This document shows, in pieces, positions 1 through 10,833 of a DNA stretch of 64,000 nt; position 1 is the first letter of the stretch; each line of letters begins with the position of its first letter. The notes beneath the pieces were generated by a model. That model did no database searches and was not told the DNA's origin. It saw only the letters and a list, made by a program, of their open reading frames with translations. Source of the DNA: Nitrospirota bacterium. Lineage in GTDB: Bacteria > Nitrospirota > Nitrospiria > SBBL01 > JAADHI01. The translations under genes and the position numbers were made by a program. Location: positions 1,731 through 65,730 of the forward strand of contig JAJDBV010000061.1 in NCBI GenBank assembly GCA_029261165.1, in the 5' to 3' direction.

Positions 1-729
1 CTTGCGCAGGACGATATCAAAAAGTTGATCGCCTATTCTTCCATCAGTCATCTGGGATTTGTTATGCTTGGTATTTTCACGCTCAACCGTCTCGGAATTC
101 AAGGCGGCATGATCCAGATGATCAACCACGGAGTCTCAACGGCGGGACTCTTCTTCATCGTCGGCTTTCTCTATGAGAGACGACACACCCGTCTCATCTC
201 TGAGTATGGTGGGCTGGCCAAACAGGTTCCAATCCTGGCGGCCTTCTATTTCTTTATCAGTCTTTCCTCGATGGGGATGCCGGGAACAAACGGTTTTGTC
301 GGTGAGTTTTTGATCCTCTCCGGGGCCTTTCGCTCAGACTGGCGATATGCCGCAATCGCCGTCGGGGGTGTGATCCTTGGGGCAGGTTACCTCCTCTGGC
401 TCTACCAGCGCCTCATGTACGGACCCCTTGAAAACCCGAAAAATAAGACACTGCTTGACCTCGACCAACGAGAAATGGCAATCTGCATCTCCCTGAGCGT
501 AATCATACTCTGGACAGGTCTTTTCCCAGGACCTTTCTTAAAAAGAATGGAAGGCTCCGTCGCTTTTTTAACAAGCCGGACGGCCACAGCATCCATTTCT
601 GACGACGATTCAAACAATGAAGAGGGTGCTCAGATAGACACCCGTTTCAATAATCGTTTCAAGGCTTCCGGGAAAGTTCAGGATGTCGCTCAGGCAAGCC
701 CTATTTCACACCAGGAGAGAAGCCCGTGA
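1..729 (+). CDS. nuoM: NADH-quinone oxidoreductase subunit M, first copy (5'-truncated by the window), with a hydrophilic C-terminal tail
   Basis: Frame is open from base 1 (LAQDDIKKLIAYSSISHLG). NuoM motifs NHGVSTAGLF, YERRHTR and GMPGTNGFVGEF are present. Confidence 0.93.
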   Translation, partial: LAQDDIKKLIAYSSISHLGFVMLGIFTLNRLGIQGGMIQMINHGVSTAGLFFIVGFLYERRHTRLISEYGGLAKQVPILAAFYFFISLSSMGMPGTNGFVGEFLILSGAFRSDWRYAAIAVGGVILGAGYLLWLYQRLMYGPLENPKNKTLLDLDQREMAICISLSVIILWTGLFPGPFLKRMEGSVAFLTSRTATASISDDDSNNEEGAQIDTRFNNRFKASGKVQDVAQASPISHQERSP

Positions 730-2303
730 CACACCTCTTGTCCATCATATTATTTTCACTCTTCGGGGGCGCCATTCTTTTGATCTTTGTTCCCAATTCA
801 AAGCCGATGATGGTCCGGGCTGTGGCGGCTGTCGCGGCATTCATTTCTATGATCGCCTCCTTCATCCTGCTTTATACTTTTGACTATAAAAAAGGGGGCT
901 TCCAATTCATCGAGAAGTATGTCTGGGCACCGGATGTCGGGATCTCTTTCCATATGGGTGTCGACGGGATTGCGGTTCCCCTTGTTCTCGCTTCCTGCAT
1001 CCTCATGTTTGCGGGGATCTTTGTCTCCTGGCATATCAAAGATCGGACCAAGGAGTTCTATATCTTTCTCCTGATCCTGACCTCGGCCACCGTCGGGGTC
1101 TATGTCTCACTCGACCTCTTTTTTCTTTATTTTTTCTATGAAATGTCGGTTATCCCAATGTATCTCTTAATCGGCGTCTGGGGAAGCCATACGAAAAACT
1201 TTCTCGAATCAAAAAACCCCCTGAAGGATACCCCCCGCTTCTTCTTTAATTTCACATCGAACAGCAAAGAATACGCGGCGATGAAACTGGTTCTCTTTTT
1301 ATCAGCGGGCGCGATCCTCGCCTTGATGGGCATCCTCCTCATCTACAGCAATTCAGGGCTCTACACCTTCGACCTGCTTGAACTTTCTGAGGTTCCGGAA
1401 GGGAAATACGGCAAAGCCTTGGTCAGCGCAATCTGGATTATGGTTTTCTTCGGCTTTGCCTCTATCGCGCCGCTCTGGCCGATGCACTCATGGTCACCCG
1501 TCGGCCATGCCTCCGCACCGGCAGCCACCAGCATGCTTCATGCTGGCGTTCTGATGAAACTGGGGCACTTCTCCATCATTCGGGTTGCCTTTTTTCTCTT
1601 TCCCGAGGCGACGCAGGAGTGGATGCCGATCGCGGCCTACCTTTGCATCGGAAGTATTGTCTACGGAGGCCTGGTCGCCCTTTTCCAGAGAGACACCAAG
1701 TATGTGATCGGGTATTCCTCCTCCAGCCATATGGGTTATATCTTCCTCGGCATGGCCGCCTTGAATGTCATCAGCCTGACCGGGGCCATATTTTATATGT
1801 TCGCCCATGCTCTGGCCACAGGCCTCCTTTTTGCGATGGCCGGCTGGGTCTATGACCAGACGCACACCCGGGATATTCCTTCTCTCGGAGGACTTTCCCA
1901 AAAAATGCCCTTCATCACAGGGGCCTTTATTGTGGCCGTCGTCGCCTCATTCGGTCTTCCCCTGACGGTCAACTTTGTCGGAGAACTCATGATCGTCGTC
2001 GGAAGCTGGCGTATGTATCCCAAGATCACCATCCTCGCTGTTCTTGGCATCTGTCTCACACTTTGTTACCTCTTCCGGATGATGCGCGGCGTCTTTTTTG
2101 GAGATCTGAAACCGGAATTTTCCGGAGCCATGGACGCAACCCTCTGGCATGATCGCCTTCCCTTAATTTTAATGCTCTCATGCTCGATCTACTACGGACT
2201 CTTTCCCTCTCATTTCATCAATGTCATCCAATCCGGAGTCATTCCCTTGTTGGAGCGCATGCATAAAGTGACACCCTTACTGACGCAAGTCGGAGGTTTT
2301 TAA
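726..2303 (+). CDS. nuoM: NADH-quinone oxidoreductase subunit M, second copy
   Basis: Motifs GVDGI, FFYEMSVIPMYLLIGVWG, PMHSWSPVGH, GVLMKLG, YSSSSHMG and NFVGE. GTGA overlap with the upstream nuoM. Confidence 0.92.
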   Translation: MTHLLSIILFSLFGGAILLIFVPNSKPMMVRAVAAVAAFISMIASFILLYTFDYKKGGFQFIEKYVWAPDVGISFHMGVDGIAVPLVLASCILMFAGIFVSWHIKDRTKEFYIFLLILTSATVGVYVSLDLFFLYFFYEMSVIPMYLLIGVWGSHTKNFLESKNPLKDTPRFFFNFTSNSKEYAAMKLVLFLSAGAILALMGILLIYSNSGLYTFDLLELSEVPEGKYGKALVSAIWIMVFFGFASIAPLWPMHSWSPVGHASAPAATSMLHAGVLMKLGHFSIIRVAFFLFPEATQEWMPIAAYLCIGSIVYGGLVALFQRDTKYVIGYSSSSHMGYIFLGMAALNVISLTGAIFYMFAHALATGLLFAMAGWVYDQTHTRDIPSLGGLSQKMPFITGAFIVAVVASFGLPLTVNFVGELMIVVGSWRMYPKITILAVLGICLTLCYLFRMMRGVFFGDLKPEFSGAMDATLWHDRLPLILMLSCSIYYGLFPSHFINVIQSGVIPLLERMHKVTPLLTQVGGF

Positions 2304-3760
2304 TGGCCCCAGCGCTGAACCTTGCGGACATCGACCTTTCGCTCATGGCTCCCGAACTCTGGATGACCCTGCTGTCCTGTATTGTCATCTCAATCGACTT
2401 CCTTTTTCCGAAGTTCGGGAAAGATAAGCTCGCCTATCTCTCCTTGGCAGGAACCAGCCTCATCTGTCTCCAACTGATCGGATTTTTCGCCTCGGGAAAA
2501 TCAGGAACACTCTTCAGCGGGATGTTTGTTCTGGATCCACTGGCCATCTTCTTCAAAATCTTCGTCCTTATCGCGACGCTCCTGATTGTTCTCTCGTCTA
2601 TTGATTACATCAACAAGGCCAAGTATTTTAGAGGAGAATATTATTTCCTTATCCTCTTCTCCGCCCTCGGAATGATGTTCATGTCCTCAGCCAACGATTT
2701 CCTCTCGCTTTATCTTTCCCTGGAATTTTCGACCTTCGGGTTTTATGTCTTGGTGACCTACCTGAGAAATGATCTCCGATCAAGTGAAGCCGGCATTAAG
2801 TTCTTTATCCTGGGGGTCCTGACTTCATCCATCATCATCTACGGGATCAGTCTAGTCTACGGGGCAACAGGCACCATCCGGTTTTCTGAGTTGATGAACA
2901 TCACGCCATCCCTTGGCGCCATCATCGGACTCCTCTTTATCTTCATTGGTCTCGGGTACAAAATCGGCGCCGTCCCATTCCATGCGTGGATCCCGGATGT
3001 TTATGAAGGCGCTCCGACACCCGTGACATCCTTCCTTTCGATAGCCCCCAAGGGGGCCGCCTTCGCGATCACCTTGCGGGTCATCCTATCTACCTTTTCA
3101 GGGATGCGGAGCGACTGGGTTTGGTTTATGGTGGGCCTGGCTGTTCTCTCAATGACCTATGGAAACATTGTGGCGATCGCCCAGAAGAATATGAAACGCC
3201 TGCTTGCCTATTCAGGGATCGCCCAGATTGGGAATATTTTGGTCGGTCTGGCCGCCGGAACAAAGATGGGAGGAGACGCGATTCTCTTTTATCTACTGGC
3301 CTATCTCTTTGCCAATGTCGGAGCCTTTGCCGTTGTCATTATCTTCTCCAACCTCACGGACAAGGATGATATCGATGATCTGGCAGGACTGAATCGACGC
3401 TCCCCTTTCCTCGCTTTTTCACTCCTGGTTTTCCTTCTCTCACTCGCAGGAGTTCCTCCCCTTGGAGGGTTTATTGCCAAGCTCTATATATTTGCAGCCG
3501 CCATCAACCAGAACCTCATCTTCCTCGTCATCGTCGGCCTGCTTAACATCGTCATTTCGATGTACTATTATCTCGTCGTCGTCAAAAAGATCTACATTGC
3601 CGAGCCGACGGATTCATCAAAGATCCCCATCTCACTTCCGCTTCGAGCCGTGGTCTACATTTCCCTGATTGGAGTCTTTGCATTGGGTGTTTTTCCTAAG
3701 ACATTCATGGATTGGTCCATGGCCGCCACAGAGATTTTTTCAAACCTAGCCCTAAAGTAA
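2303..3760 (+). CDS. nuoN: NADH-quinone oxidoreductase subunit N
   Basis: Motifs SEAGIKFF, KIGAVPFHAWIPDVYEGAPTP, KRLLAYSGI and SLAGVPPLGGF. TAATG coupling to nuoM. Confidence 0.95.
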   Translation: MAPALNLADIDLSLMAPELWMTLLSCIVISIDFLFPKFGKDKLAYLSLAGTSLICLQLIGFFASGKSGTLFSGMFVLDPLAIFFKIFVLIATLLIVLSSIDYINKAKYFRGEYYFLILFSALGMMFMSSANDFLSLYLSLEFSTFGFYVLVTYLRNDLRSSEAGIKFFILGVLTSSIIIYGISLVYGATGTIRFSELMNITPSLGAIIGLLFIFIGLGYKIGAVPFHAWIPDVYEGAPTPVTSFLSIAPKGAAFAITLRVILSTFSGMRSDWVWFMVGLAVLSMTYGNIVAIAQKNMKRLLAYSGIAQIGNILVGLAAGTKMGGDAILFYLLAYLFANVGAFAVVIIFSNLTDKDDIDDLAGLNRRSPFLAFSLLVFLLSLAGVPPLGGFIAKLYIFAAAINQNLIFLVIVGLLNIVISMYYYLVVVKKIYIAEPTDSSKIPISLPLRAVVYISLIGVFALGVFPKTFMDWSMAATEIFSNLALK

Positions 3761-3763
3761 GTC

Positions 3764-3903
3764 GTAATGGTTTATCTCACCTATCTAAGGCTCCATGGTT
3801 GCGTTTCTGTGGTGCTTGAATCCTCACGTATAAAATATACGCTCCGGTTCTGCGCTCCTCGTGCCTTACCCTGAATCAAAATCCAGGAAAGGTGAACCAT
3901 CAC
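3764..3903. mobile_element. ~140-bp MITE-like structured repeat, copy A
   Basis: Imperfect terminal inverted repeat GTAATGGTTTATCT / AGGTGAACCATCAC. The ~80-bp core aligns with 10871-10951. Lies between convergent genes. Confidence 0.7.
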
Positions 3904-3922
3904 GTAAATAGTTCTCGAGGGC

Positions 3923-4405
3923 TTAGGTTTTGAAATAGGCTCTTCGTTTGTAGAGATAGATCAGGACAATCACACTGCCGATGAGCAGTATGGTTCGAAT
4001 CCGGTGTGGAGGCGGCATGCGAAAGTAGTTGATGAGAGGGCTGACAATGCCGTAGGCGGAAAATGCGATAAAAAGGTAGTAGGCCCATCGTCGGCAGAAA
4101 ATTACGCCATAACCGACGATAAAATGAAGCAGGGGAAAAATAAAGATGACCATCCGGCCGAATGATCCCCCAAACTTCATCCCCAAAATCGGAAGTTGGT
4201 ATTCCGGATGGTCCAGAATGATTTTGATATCATAAAACCCGGAGAGAATCATCACAACACCGAATGCGATGATATCCAAGGGCACCTTTCTAGGGGGGCG
4301 GACTTCCGTTTGAGAAGGTGATTGAGACATGCTTGATTCCACCCTATACTTTTCAAGGGACGAAGCTTTCAGCTTCAGGTCAACCACACACAGTATGGGA
4401 CTCAC
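3923..4405 (-). CDS. Hypothetical membrane protein (about 4 TM helices); the true start may be ATG 4330
   Basis: Several hydrophobic segments. Upstream minus-strand TTGACA-17-CAGACT at 4442-4414. Confidence 0.7.
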   Translation of the reverse strand: MSPILCVVDLKLKASSLEKYRVESSMSQSPSQTEVRPPRKVPLDIIAFGVVMILSGFYDIKIILDHPEYQLPILGMKFGGSFGRMVIFIFPLLHFIVGYGVIFCRRWAYYLFIAFSAYGIVSPLINYFRMPPPHRIRTILLIGSVIVLIYLYKRRAYFKT

Positions 4406-4475
4406 GCCGCCACAGTCTGATTGAATTTAGTGATCGTGTCAAGTTTTTACGGGTGTTCCAAAAGAACGTTTTAAC

Positions 4476-4504
4476 TTGACATAATGGGTGGCATCCCCTA
4501 GTAT
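4476..4504 (+). promoter_or_regulatory. Sigma70-type promoter for the polyprenyl synthase gene
   Basis: TTGACA-17 nt-TAGTAT. Confidence 0.6.
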
Positions 4505-4541
4505 TTCCCTACTTTTTAAACATTGATTAAGGAGAACTTCC

Positions 4542-5525
4542 GTGGGGGGAATGGATCTTGTCTGGTCCACTTACAAAGAGTCGTTAGATGAAGTTGAAGA
4601 ACAGATCCTCAAGGGGCTTGACTCGAAGATTGACCTCGTCAACGATATCGCCACTTATATCCTCAATAGCGGCGGAAAACGAATTCGCCCCCTTTTTCTC
4701 ATGATCTCTTCAGAACTCACTGGCAATACTGTCAATAAAGAACATCTTCTCCTTGGCGCGGGACTGATTGAATACATCCATACGGCAACACTCCTGCACG
4801 ACGATGTTCTGGACAATGCGGACGTTCGACGCGGGAATGCAACTGCACGCGTGAAGTGGGGGAACCAACCCAGCATTCTCGTCGGTGATTACCTCTACAC
4901 CCTTGCTGTTTGTCAAGCTGTTACAATAGAAAACCATGAAGTGAACCACCTCCTCTCCAGTACCTGCCGTAGCATGACGGAAGGAGAAACCCTCCAGTTC
5001 TACCACAACAAAGATTTTAATCTCGGAGAAGAGACTTATTTCAAGATCGTTGAATATAAAACAGCGTCCCTTATTTCAGCAAGTTGCCGCCTCGGAGCAA
5101 TCATCGCGAAGGGTTCGGAAGAAACAAAAGGAGCCCTCTCGTCCTATGGACGGCACATCGGTATCGCATTTCAGGTCGCCGATGATACGCTCGACTACAC
5201 TGCGGATGGAAGACGTCTGGGGAAATCTCTTGGTGAAGACCTCAAGGGCGGAAAAATCACCCTCCCCCTGATCCACTTACTCCAACACTGTAAGGAAGAG
5301 GAACGAAAAGAGGTCGAACGCCTGATTGGAGAACCCGGCCTTCAGGAAGAAGACCTGAAACAGGTGACTGCGCTCATGAGGAATTATGGATCAATCAATT
5401 ATGCGATCAAAAAGGCGCAAGACTTTGTCGACCTGGCAAAAGAAGACCTCTCCTGCTTTAAAGATTCAAGCCATCGTCAATCTCTCATCACGATGGCAGA
5501 TTATGTCGTTGAAAGGGATCACTGA
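4542..5525 (+). CDS. ispB: Polyprenyl diphosphate synthase (IspB/HepT-like)
   Basis: GGKRIRP, first Asp-rich motif HDDVLD..RRG, KTASL, second motif FQVADDTLD. Confidence 0.88.
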   Translation: MGGMDLVWSTYKESLDEVEEQILKGLDSKIDLVNDIATYILNSGGKRIRPLFLMISSELTGNTVNKEHLLLGAGLIEYIHTATLLHDDVLDNADVRRGNATARVKWGNQPSILVGDYLYTLAVCQAVTIENHEVNHLLSSTCRSMTEGETLQFYHNKDFNLGEETYFKIVEYKTASLISASCRLGAIIAKGSEETKGALSSYGRHIGIAFQVADDTLDYTADGRRLGKSLGEDLKGGKITLPLIHLLQHCKEEERKEVERLIGEPGLQEEDLKQVTALMRNYGSINYAIKKAQDFVDLAKEDLSCFKDSSHRQSLITMADYVVERDH

Positions 5526-5564
5526 CCATCCTCGGCGACACAACACTCTTTTCTCAATCGAAAC

Positions 5565-6524
5565 ATGACAGCTTTCTCCCCCCGGGAATCCATCACACCT
5601 CATTCACCCTTTCTACTTTCAAAAGTCTTGTTCATTATAAATCCCTCAGCCGGATCTTCTCGCAAGAGAAAGAAACTTAAAGAGATATTAGACCATCTTC
5701 ACCGTTTCTCCGGGTTTCTTGAAGTTTTTTATACAAAGTCGTCCCTTGATGCAACACGTGTGGTCAGCGAAAAAAGGAGTGACGGCTGGACCCTTCTTCT
5801 ATGTTCCGGGGGTGATGGCACAATAAATGAAGTCGTCAATGGACTGCTGACCCAGGCCATGGGACCCATACCGCTGACCTTTCCACCCATCGGGATTCTT
5901 CCTACGGGAACCGGTAATGGCCTGGTCCGGGAAATCGGACTTCCTCTTGATCCAATACAAGCGTATCAGGCAATCATTAAAGGTAGTCCACAGGCAATCT
6001 ACCCCGCCTTAGTCAACCAACGTTATTTCGTCTTAATGGCCGGAACAGGATTTGATGCCTTTGTCACCGCTCGGGTCGAGAGAAGAAAAGGGATCTTTAG
6101 AAAAATTCCGAAGATCTGGACCTATTTCCTCTTTGGATTCACCTCCATATTTAAATATCCCTATCCATCCCTCCATTTCAAGGTAGACGGCAAGCCTTAT
6201 ACTGGATCCACAGGCATCGTCACAAAGTCAAGGTGTGTCGTCGGCCCCTATATATTTTCTCCAAAATCAAACCTTCAAGACCCTACACTGACACTCTGTC
6301 TCTTTAAGTCCAGGGGGTTCATCGGACATCTCTTCCTCACGGCTCGTTTTATTTTAAGCGGACGATGCGGAAAGGCGGTCCAGTATATACCGGGCAGAGA
6401 GGTCACTGTTCAGGAAGGGAATACGGTGATTCAGGCTGATGGAGAGGAGAACGGAAACCTCCCGGCCCGTTTTCTTATTTCCAGCCACCCGATTCTCCTC
6501 ATCTATCCGAATGAACCCTCATGA
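5565..6524 (+). CDS. Diacylglycerol/lipid kinase family protein (YegS/BmrU-like)
   Basis: IINPSAG, GGDGTINEVVNG, PTGTGN, GTGFDA and QADGE motifs. Confidence 0.9.
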   Translation: MTAFSPRESITPHSPFLLSKVLFIINPSAGSSRKRKKLKEILDHLHRFSGFLEVFYTKSSLDATRVVSEKRSDGWTLLLCSGGDGTINEVVNGLLTQAMGPIPLTFPPIGILPTGTGNGLVREIGLPLDPIQAYQAIIKGSPQAIYPALVNQRYFVLMAGTGFDAFVTARVERRKGIFRKIPKIWTYFLFGFTSIFKYPYPSLHFKVDGKPYTGSTGIVTKSRCVVGPYIFSPKSNLQDPTLTLCLFKSRGFIGHLFLTARFILSGRCGKAVQYIPGREVTVQEGNTVIQADGEENGNLPARFLISSHPILLIYPNEPS

Positions 6525-6682
6525 AACTATTGTAGCAAAGGCAAGCCCTTTCTTCGCTTCTGATATTTTTCTGCATATGCCAGACAAATTATATTATACT
6601 TCCGTCGGGCTTCAAGAAATGAACCCAAGACCACCCGATTCGGCCTCCCGGAAGGAAACAATCATCAGGAAGAGAAAAGACT

Positions 6683-8278
6683 ATGGCAGACAAAAAGATA
6701 TTTAACGACCTTGGACTTTCAGAAAAAGTACTGGAGGCGATTCATAAAAAAGGCTTTGAAGAGCCCACTGCGATTCAAGCCATGACCATCCCCGTCATGC
6801 TGCGTGATGATACAAATATCATTGCCCAGGCCCAGACCGGTACAGGCAAGACCGCAGCATTTGGATTGCCTCTGATAGAAATGATCAACACTGAGTTCAA
6901 AGCCGTTCAGGCGCTCATCCTGGTCCCCACACGAGAGCTTGCCATTCAGGTCTCTGAAGAGATCAATTCGCTCAAAGGGAAAAAGAATATCAAAATCGTT
7001 CCAATCTATGGAGGGCAATCCATTGACCAGCAACTCCGCAGACTGAAAAAGGGGGTGCACATTGTCGTTGGGTCTCCGGGCAGGGTCATTGACCATTTGA
7101 ACAGAAGAACACTAAAGCTTGGGAAAATCGAACACCTGATCCTTGATGAAGCGGATGAGATGCTGAATATGGGCTTCATCGAAGACATAGAAGAAATCAT
7201 GAAGCATACCAATGAAGACAAAAGAACACTTTTGTTTTCTGCAACCATACCAAGTCGCATAAAGACACTTGCACGGAAATACATGGATGGATATGAGCTT
7301 ATTACCGCAAAAACAGAACAACTGACAACCAACTTGACGGAACAAATCTACTTTGAAGTAAAACACGCGGATCGCTTTGAAGCGCTCTGCAGAATCATTG
7401 ATATTGAAGATAACTTTTATTCTATAATTTTTTGCAGGACAAAGATTGACGTTGATTCTGTTTTCAGCCACCTGGTGGATAGAGGATATGACGCGGAAGC
7501 CCTTCATGGAGACCTTTCTCAGGCACAAAGAGAAAGAACGCTGCTCAAGTTTAAGAACCAAAAAATAAATATTCTTGTCGCCACTGACGTCGCCGCGCGT
7601 GGAATTGATGTAAACAACCTCACCCACGTCATCAACTATGCCCTCCCTCAAGATCCGGAAGCCTATGTTCATCGAATCGGCCGGACGGGAAGGGCCGGGA
7701 ATCAGGGCACTGCAATTACCTTTATTACGCCGAGTGAATATAAACGTCTGATGGTCATAAAACGGGTTGCCAAGACGGACATCAAAAAATCTACAGTGCC
7801 CAAGGTTGCGGATATTATTGCGGCCAAGAAGAAAAAGATCACAGATGATCTGTCTTCCACCCTTGAGGGCGAGATTGATCCTAAATATTATAACTGGGCC
7901 AAAAAACTACTTATAGAGCATCATCCCACAGAGATTCTGGCGGCCCTTCTTCACTATTCTTTTGAAGAAGATCTGAATCCTGATGTTTATGGCGTCATTA
8001 AGGAAGTCGGAGCAAAGGGAAGGCAACTGGATCAGGAAGGGAAAACGAGACTTTTTGTCGCCCTGGGAAAAAAAGATAAGATGAACGCCAGAAAACTGGT
8101 TGAGCTTATTTCAAGCAGAGTCTCCATCAAATCTAAAATGATTAGTGATATACAGGTAATGGACAAGTTCTCTTTTATCACGGTTCCTTTTGAGAAAGCA
8201 GAAAAAATCGTCCTCAGCTTCAAAGAAAAGGGCCGAAAACCCCTGGTCAGCCATTTTAAAAAGACAAAGAAAAGATAA
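6683..8278 (+). CDS. DEAD-box RNA helicase (DeaD/CshA-like) with a C-terminal DbpA-type RNA-binding domain
   Basis: Q motif, AQTGTGKT, PTRELA, DEAD, SAT and HRIGRTGRAG. Confidence 0.95.
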   Translation: MADKKIFNDLGLSEKVLEAIHKKGFEEPTAIQAMTIPVMLRDDTNIIAQAQTGTGKTAAFGLPLIEMINTEFKAVQALILVPTRELAIQVSEEINSLKGKKNIKIVPIYGGQSIDQQLRRLKKGVHIVVGSPGRVIDHLNRRTLKLGKIEHLILDEADEMLNMGFIEDIEEIMKHTNEDKRTLLFSATIPSRIKTLARKYMDGYELITAKTEQLTTNLTEQIYFEVKHADRFEALCRIIDIEDNFYSIIFCRTKIDVDSVFSHLVDRGYDAEALHGDLSQAQRERTLLKFKNQKINILVATDVAARGIDVNNLTHVINYALPQDPEAYVHRIGRTGRAGNQGTAITFITPSEYKRLMVIKRVAKTDIKKSTVPKVADIIAAKKKKITDDLSSTLEGEIDPKYYNWAKKLLIEHHPTEILAALLHYSFEEDLNPDVYGVIKEVGAKGRQLDQEGKTRLFVALGKKDKMNARKLVELISSRVSIKSKMISDIQVMDKFSFITVPFEKAEKIVLSFKEKGRKPLVSHFKKTKKR

Positions 8279-8338
8279 AAACAGACTCCGAACATAACCG
8301 CAGTCTATAGTTTGGTCACATTCAGGACAAACCCTGCT

Positions 8339-8632
8339 CTAAGCTCCTTCCCACTCCCCGGGCGTCATGGCTTTTACGATGAATCCGTGGATGTCCTCCT
8401 TCATTTCCTCTTTTAAAATATCGAAGACTATCCGGTTTCGATTGACAAGGGACACGCCTTCAAACTTTTCTGAAGCGACACGCAGTATATAATGCCCCCC
8501 GCCTGTGGCGGCGGCGTGCCCGGCATGCTTCCAACTCTCATCAACAACGTCCACAAAAACCGCCTCCAGCGATTCTTTCATCTTGCTTTCTATTATTTCC
8601 TTTGTTTTCAAAGATCTTTCACTCATATTCAT
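8339..8632 (-). CDS. bolA: BolA family protein
   Basis: DESWKHAGH..GGHY, SEKFEG, RNRIV..L..IH pattern. Confidence 0.88.
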   Translation of the reverse strand: MNMSERSLKTKEIIESKMKESLEAVFVDVVDESWKHAGHAAATGGGHYILRVASEKFEGVSLVNRNRIVFDILKEEMKEDIHGFIVKAMTPGEWEGA

Positions 8633-8649
8633 CCTTTCTAATCACAAAA

Positions 8650-9201
8650 CTATATTTTAATTGTCGCGCAATGACTCACTTCCTCAATAATTTCCGGAGG
8701 CGGTGCCGGGACCCGGAAAACCCTCTCCAGATCGAGCCCTTCCACAAAGCTGACGACAACACCCTCCGTCTTTATCCCCAGCACCAGGGACTGAAATAAT
8801 TCAAACCCTTCGGTCCCCCCGAGAAAATAGGGGTTCGGTCCGTCATTGATCTTATTTATTTTCCCCTCACTCGAACCGGCCAAGGTCTTGATCCAAGCCC
8901 TCTGAATCTTGATAGAGGTCACATCGGAAAGATCGATCTTGTGGACATGCCCTGCCGAAACTTTAATCAAGGTAAAGTAGCGGCCTTCATCTTTTACATC
9001 TACAGCCTTCTCCTCAACCAGGGACAGGTTCATGCCGATCACAATCCGGGTTTGCGTGATGCCCGTAAAATGAATCACACAGGTGGTCCGCTCTGCCTTT
9101 GAGATCACCTGCGCCTGCCAATCGTAGAATTGCACACTCTCGACAGGGGCCGAAGGTTCAGCCAACAAGGACACAAATAGGGCCAGGGACAAGAGTCTCA
9201 C
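8650..9201 (-). CDS. Hypothetical exported protein
   Basis: 183-aa ORF with a signal-peptide-like N-terminus; no family recognised. Confidence 0.65.
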   Translation of the reverse strand: MRLLSLALFVSLLAEPSAPVESVQFYDWQAQVISKAERTTCVIHFTGITQTRIVIGMNLSLVEEKAVDVKDEGRYFTLIKVSAGHVHKIDLSDVTSIKIQRAWIKTLAGSSEGKINKINDGPNPYFLGGTEGFELFQSLVLGIKTEGVVVSFVEGLDLERVFRVPAPPPEIIEEVSHCATIKI

Positions 9202-9307
9202 AATAACCTTTCACGGTGATGGGAGCATGGGACAAGACAAATGTAGCAGGATCGACAGGATCTTTACAATAAATGGGGTGGCACCGTCTCACCCATCTAA
9301 AATAACA

Positions 9308-10828
9308 TTATTCCCATTCAATCGTACTGGGAGGCTTGGAGGAGATATCGTAAACTACGCGGTTTATCCCTTTGACCTCATTCATGATCCGGTTTGAAAC
9401 AAGCTTCAAGACATCATGTGGAAATTCAAACCAGTCAGCCGTCATGCCGTCCGCACTGGTCACAGCCCTGAGGCCAATGGCGTCTTCGTAGGTCCGTTCA
9501 TCCCCCATGACACCGACACTCTGAATCGGGAGATACACGGCAAAAGCCTGCCAAATTGACCGGTAAAGGCCCGCGTTTCGGATCTCTTCCTCAAAGATGG
9601 CGTCTGCTTCCCGGAGACGGTCTAGTCGTTCCTTTGTTATTTTCCCCAGGATACGGACGGCCAGACCCGGCCCGGGAAAGGGATGCCGATATAGAAGCGG
9701 CTCCGGAATATCCAGCTTAAGACCCAGCCGTCGGACTTCGTCTTTAAAGAGGGTCCTGAGAGGCTCGACCGTTTTGAGGCGCATCCTTTTGGGAAGACCG
9801 CCGACGTTATGGTGCGTCTTGATCGTTGCAGAGGGTCCCTTTAACGAGACACTTTCGATCACATCAGGATAGAGGGTGCCCTGGACCAGATAATCAACAC
9901 GTCCAAGCCGTTTCGCCTCATCATTGAATATTGAGATAAAGGTTCTTCCGATGATTTTTCGTTTTTTTTCAGGGTTAATGACGGAAGAAAGCCGCATTAA
10001 AAATTGATCGGATGCATCTACACACTTTAAGTTTAACTTTAGATTATTTTTAAAGGTGGTCTTGACCGATTTTGCCTCATTTTTTCTTAAAAGTCCATTG
10101 TCGACAAAGATACACTTCAGGCGCTTTCCGATCACCCGCTGGACGAGGACCGCAGCGACACTGGAATCCACCCCGCCGCTCAGCCCGCAGATGGCCTTTC
10201 CCTTTCCAATCTGACGGCTGATCTCTTCCTCCGCTTCATGGATAAACGAACCCATGTCCCAGCTTGGCTTGCAGCCGCAGATTTTATATAGGAAGTTTTG
10301 TAGGATTTTGACCCCGCTCGGGGTATGGGCCACTTCGGGGTGAAATTGAATGGCATAAAAATTCCGCCGCTTGTCCTCTATTGACGCCGCGGGAGAATTG
10401 GCCGTTTGGGCAATGGCATGAAAGTTTGGCGGGAGCGCGTCAATCCGGTCTCCATGACTCATCCAAACCGGCATCCTTCGGGGCAAGCCCCTGAAAAGGA
10501 GGGAGCGTTCAATCAGGGACAATTCGGCACGCCCATATTCCCGCTTGGTGGAACGCCCAACCTTCCCCCCCACAAGGTGGGTCATGAGCTGCATGCCATA
10601 ACAAATTCCAAGGACGGGAATGGAGAGATCAAAGATCCCCGCATCGCATCGAGGGGCCTTCCGGCCATATACACTCGCAGGCCCTCCGGACAGGATCAGT
10701 CCTGCGGGATGGTGAGCTTTTATTTCATCAAGGGAGAGATGGTGAGGAACAATTTCGGAATAAACCCGGCTTTCACGGACTCGGCGGGCAATAAGCTGGG
10801 TATACTGCGACCCGAAATCAAGAATCAA
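9308..10828 (-). CDS. guaA: GMP synthase, glutamine-hydrolysing (start TTG 10828 or CTG 10846)
   Basis: [31 protein letters not shown] and KPPSTIEWE. Confidence 0.97.
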   Translation of the reverse strand: MILDFGSQYTQLIARRVRESRVYSEIVPHHLSLDEIKAHHPAGLILSGGPASVYGRKAPRCDAGIFDLSIPVLGICYGMQLMTHLVGGKVGRSTKREYGRAELSLIERSLLFRGLPRRMPVWMSHGDRIDALPPNFHAIAQTANSPAASIEDKRRNFYAIQFHPEVAHTPSGVKILQNFLYKICGCKPSWDMGSFIHEAEEEISRQIGKGKAICGLSGGVDSSVAAVLVQRVIGKRLKCIFVDNGLLRKNEAKSVKTTFKNNLKLNLKCVDASDQFLMRLSSVINPEKKRKIIGRTFISIFNDEAKRLGRVDYLVQGTLYPDVIESVSLKGPSATIKTHHNVGGLPKRMRLKTVEPLRTLFKDEVRRLGLKLDIPEPLLYRHPFPGPGLAVRILGKITKERLDRLREADAIFEEEIRNAGLYRSIWQAFAVYLPIQSVGVMGDERTYEDAIGLRAVTSADGMTADWFEFPHDVLKLVSNRIMNEVKGINRVVYDISSKPPSTIEWE

Positions 10829-10833
10829 TATCT

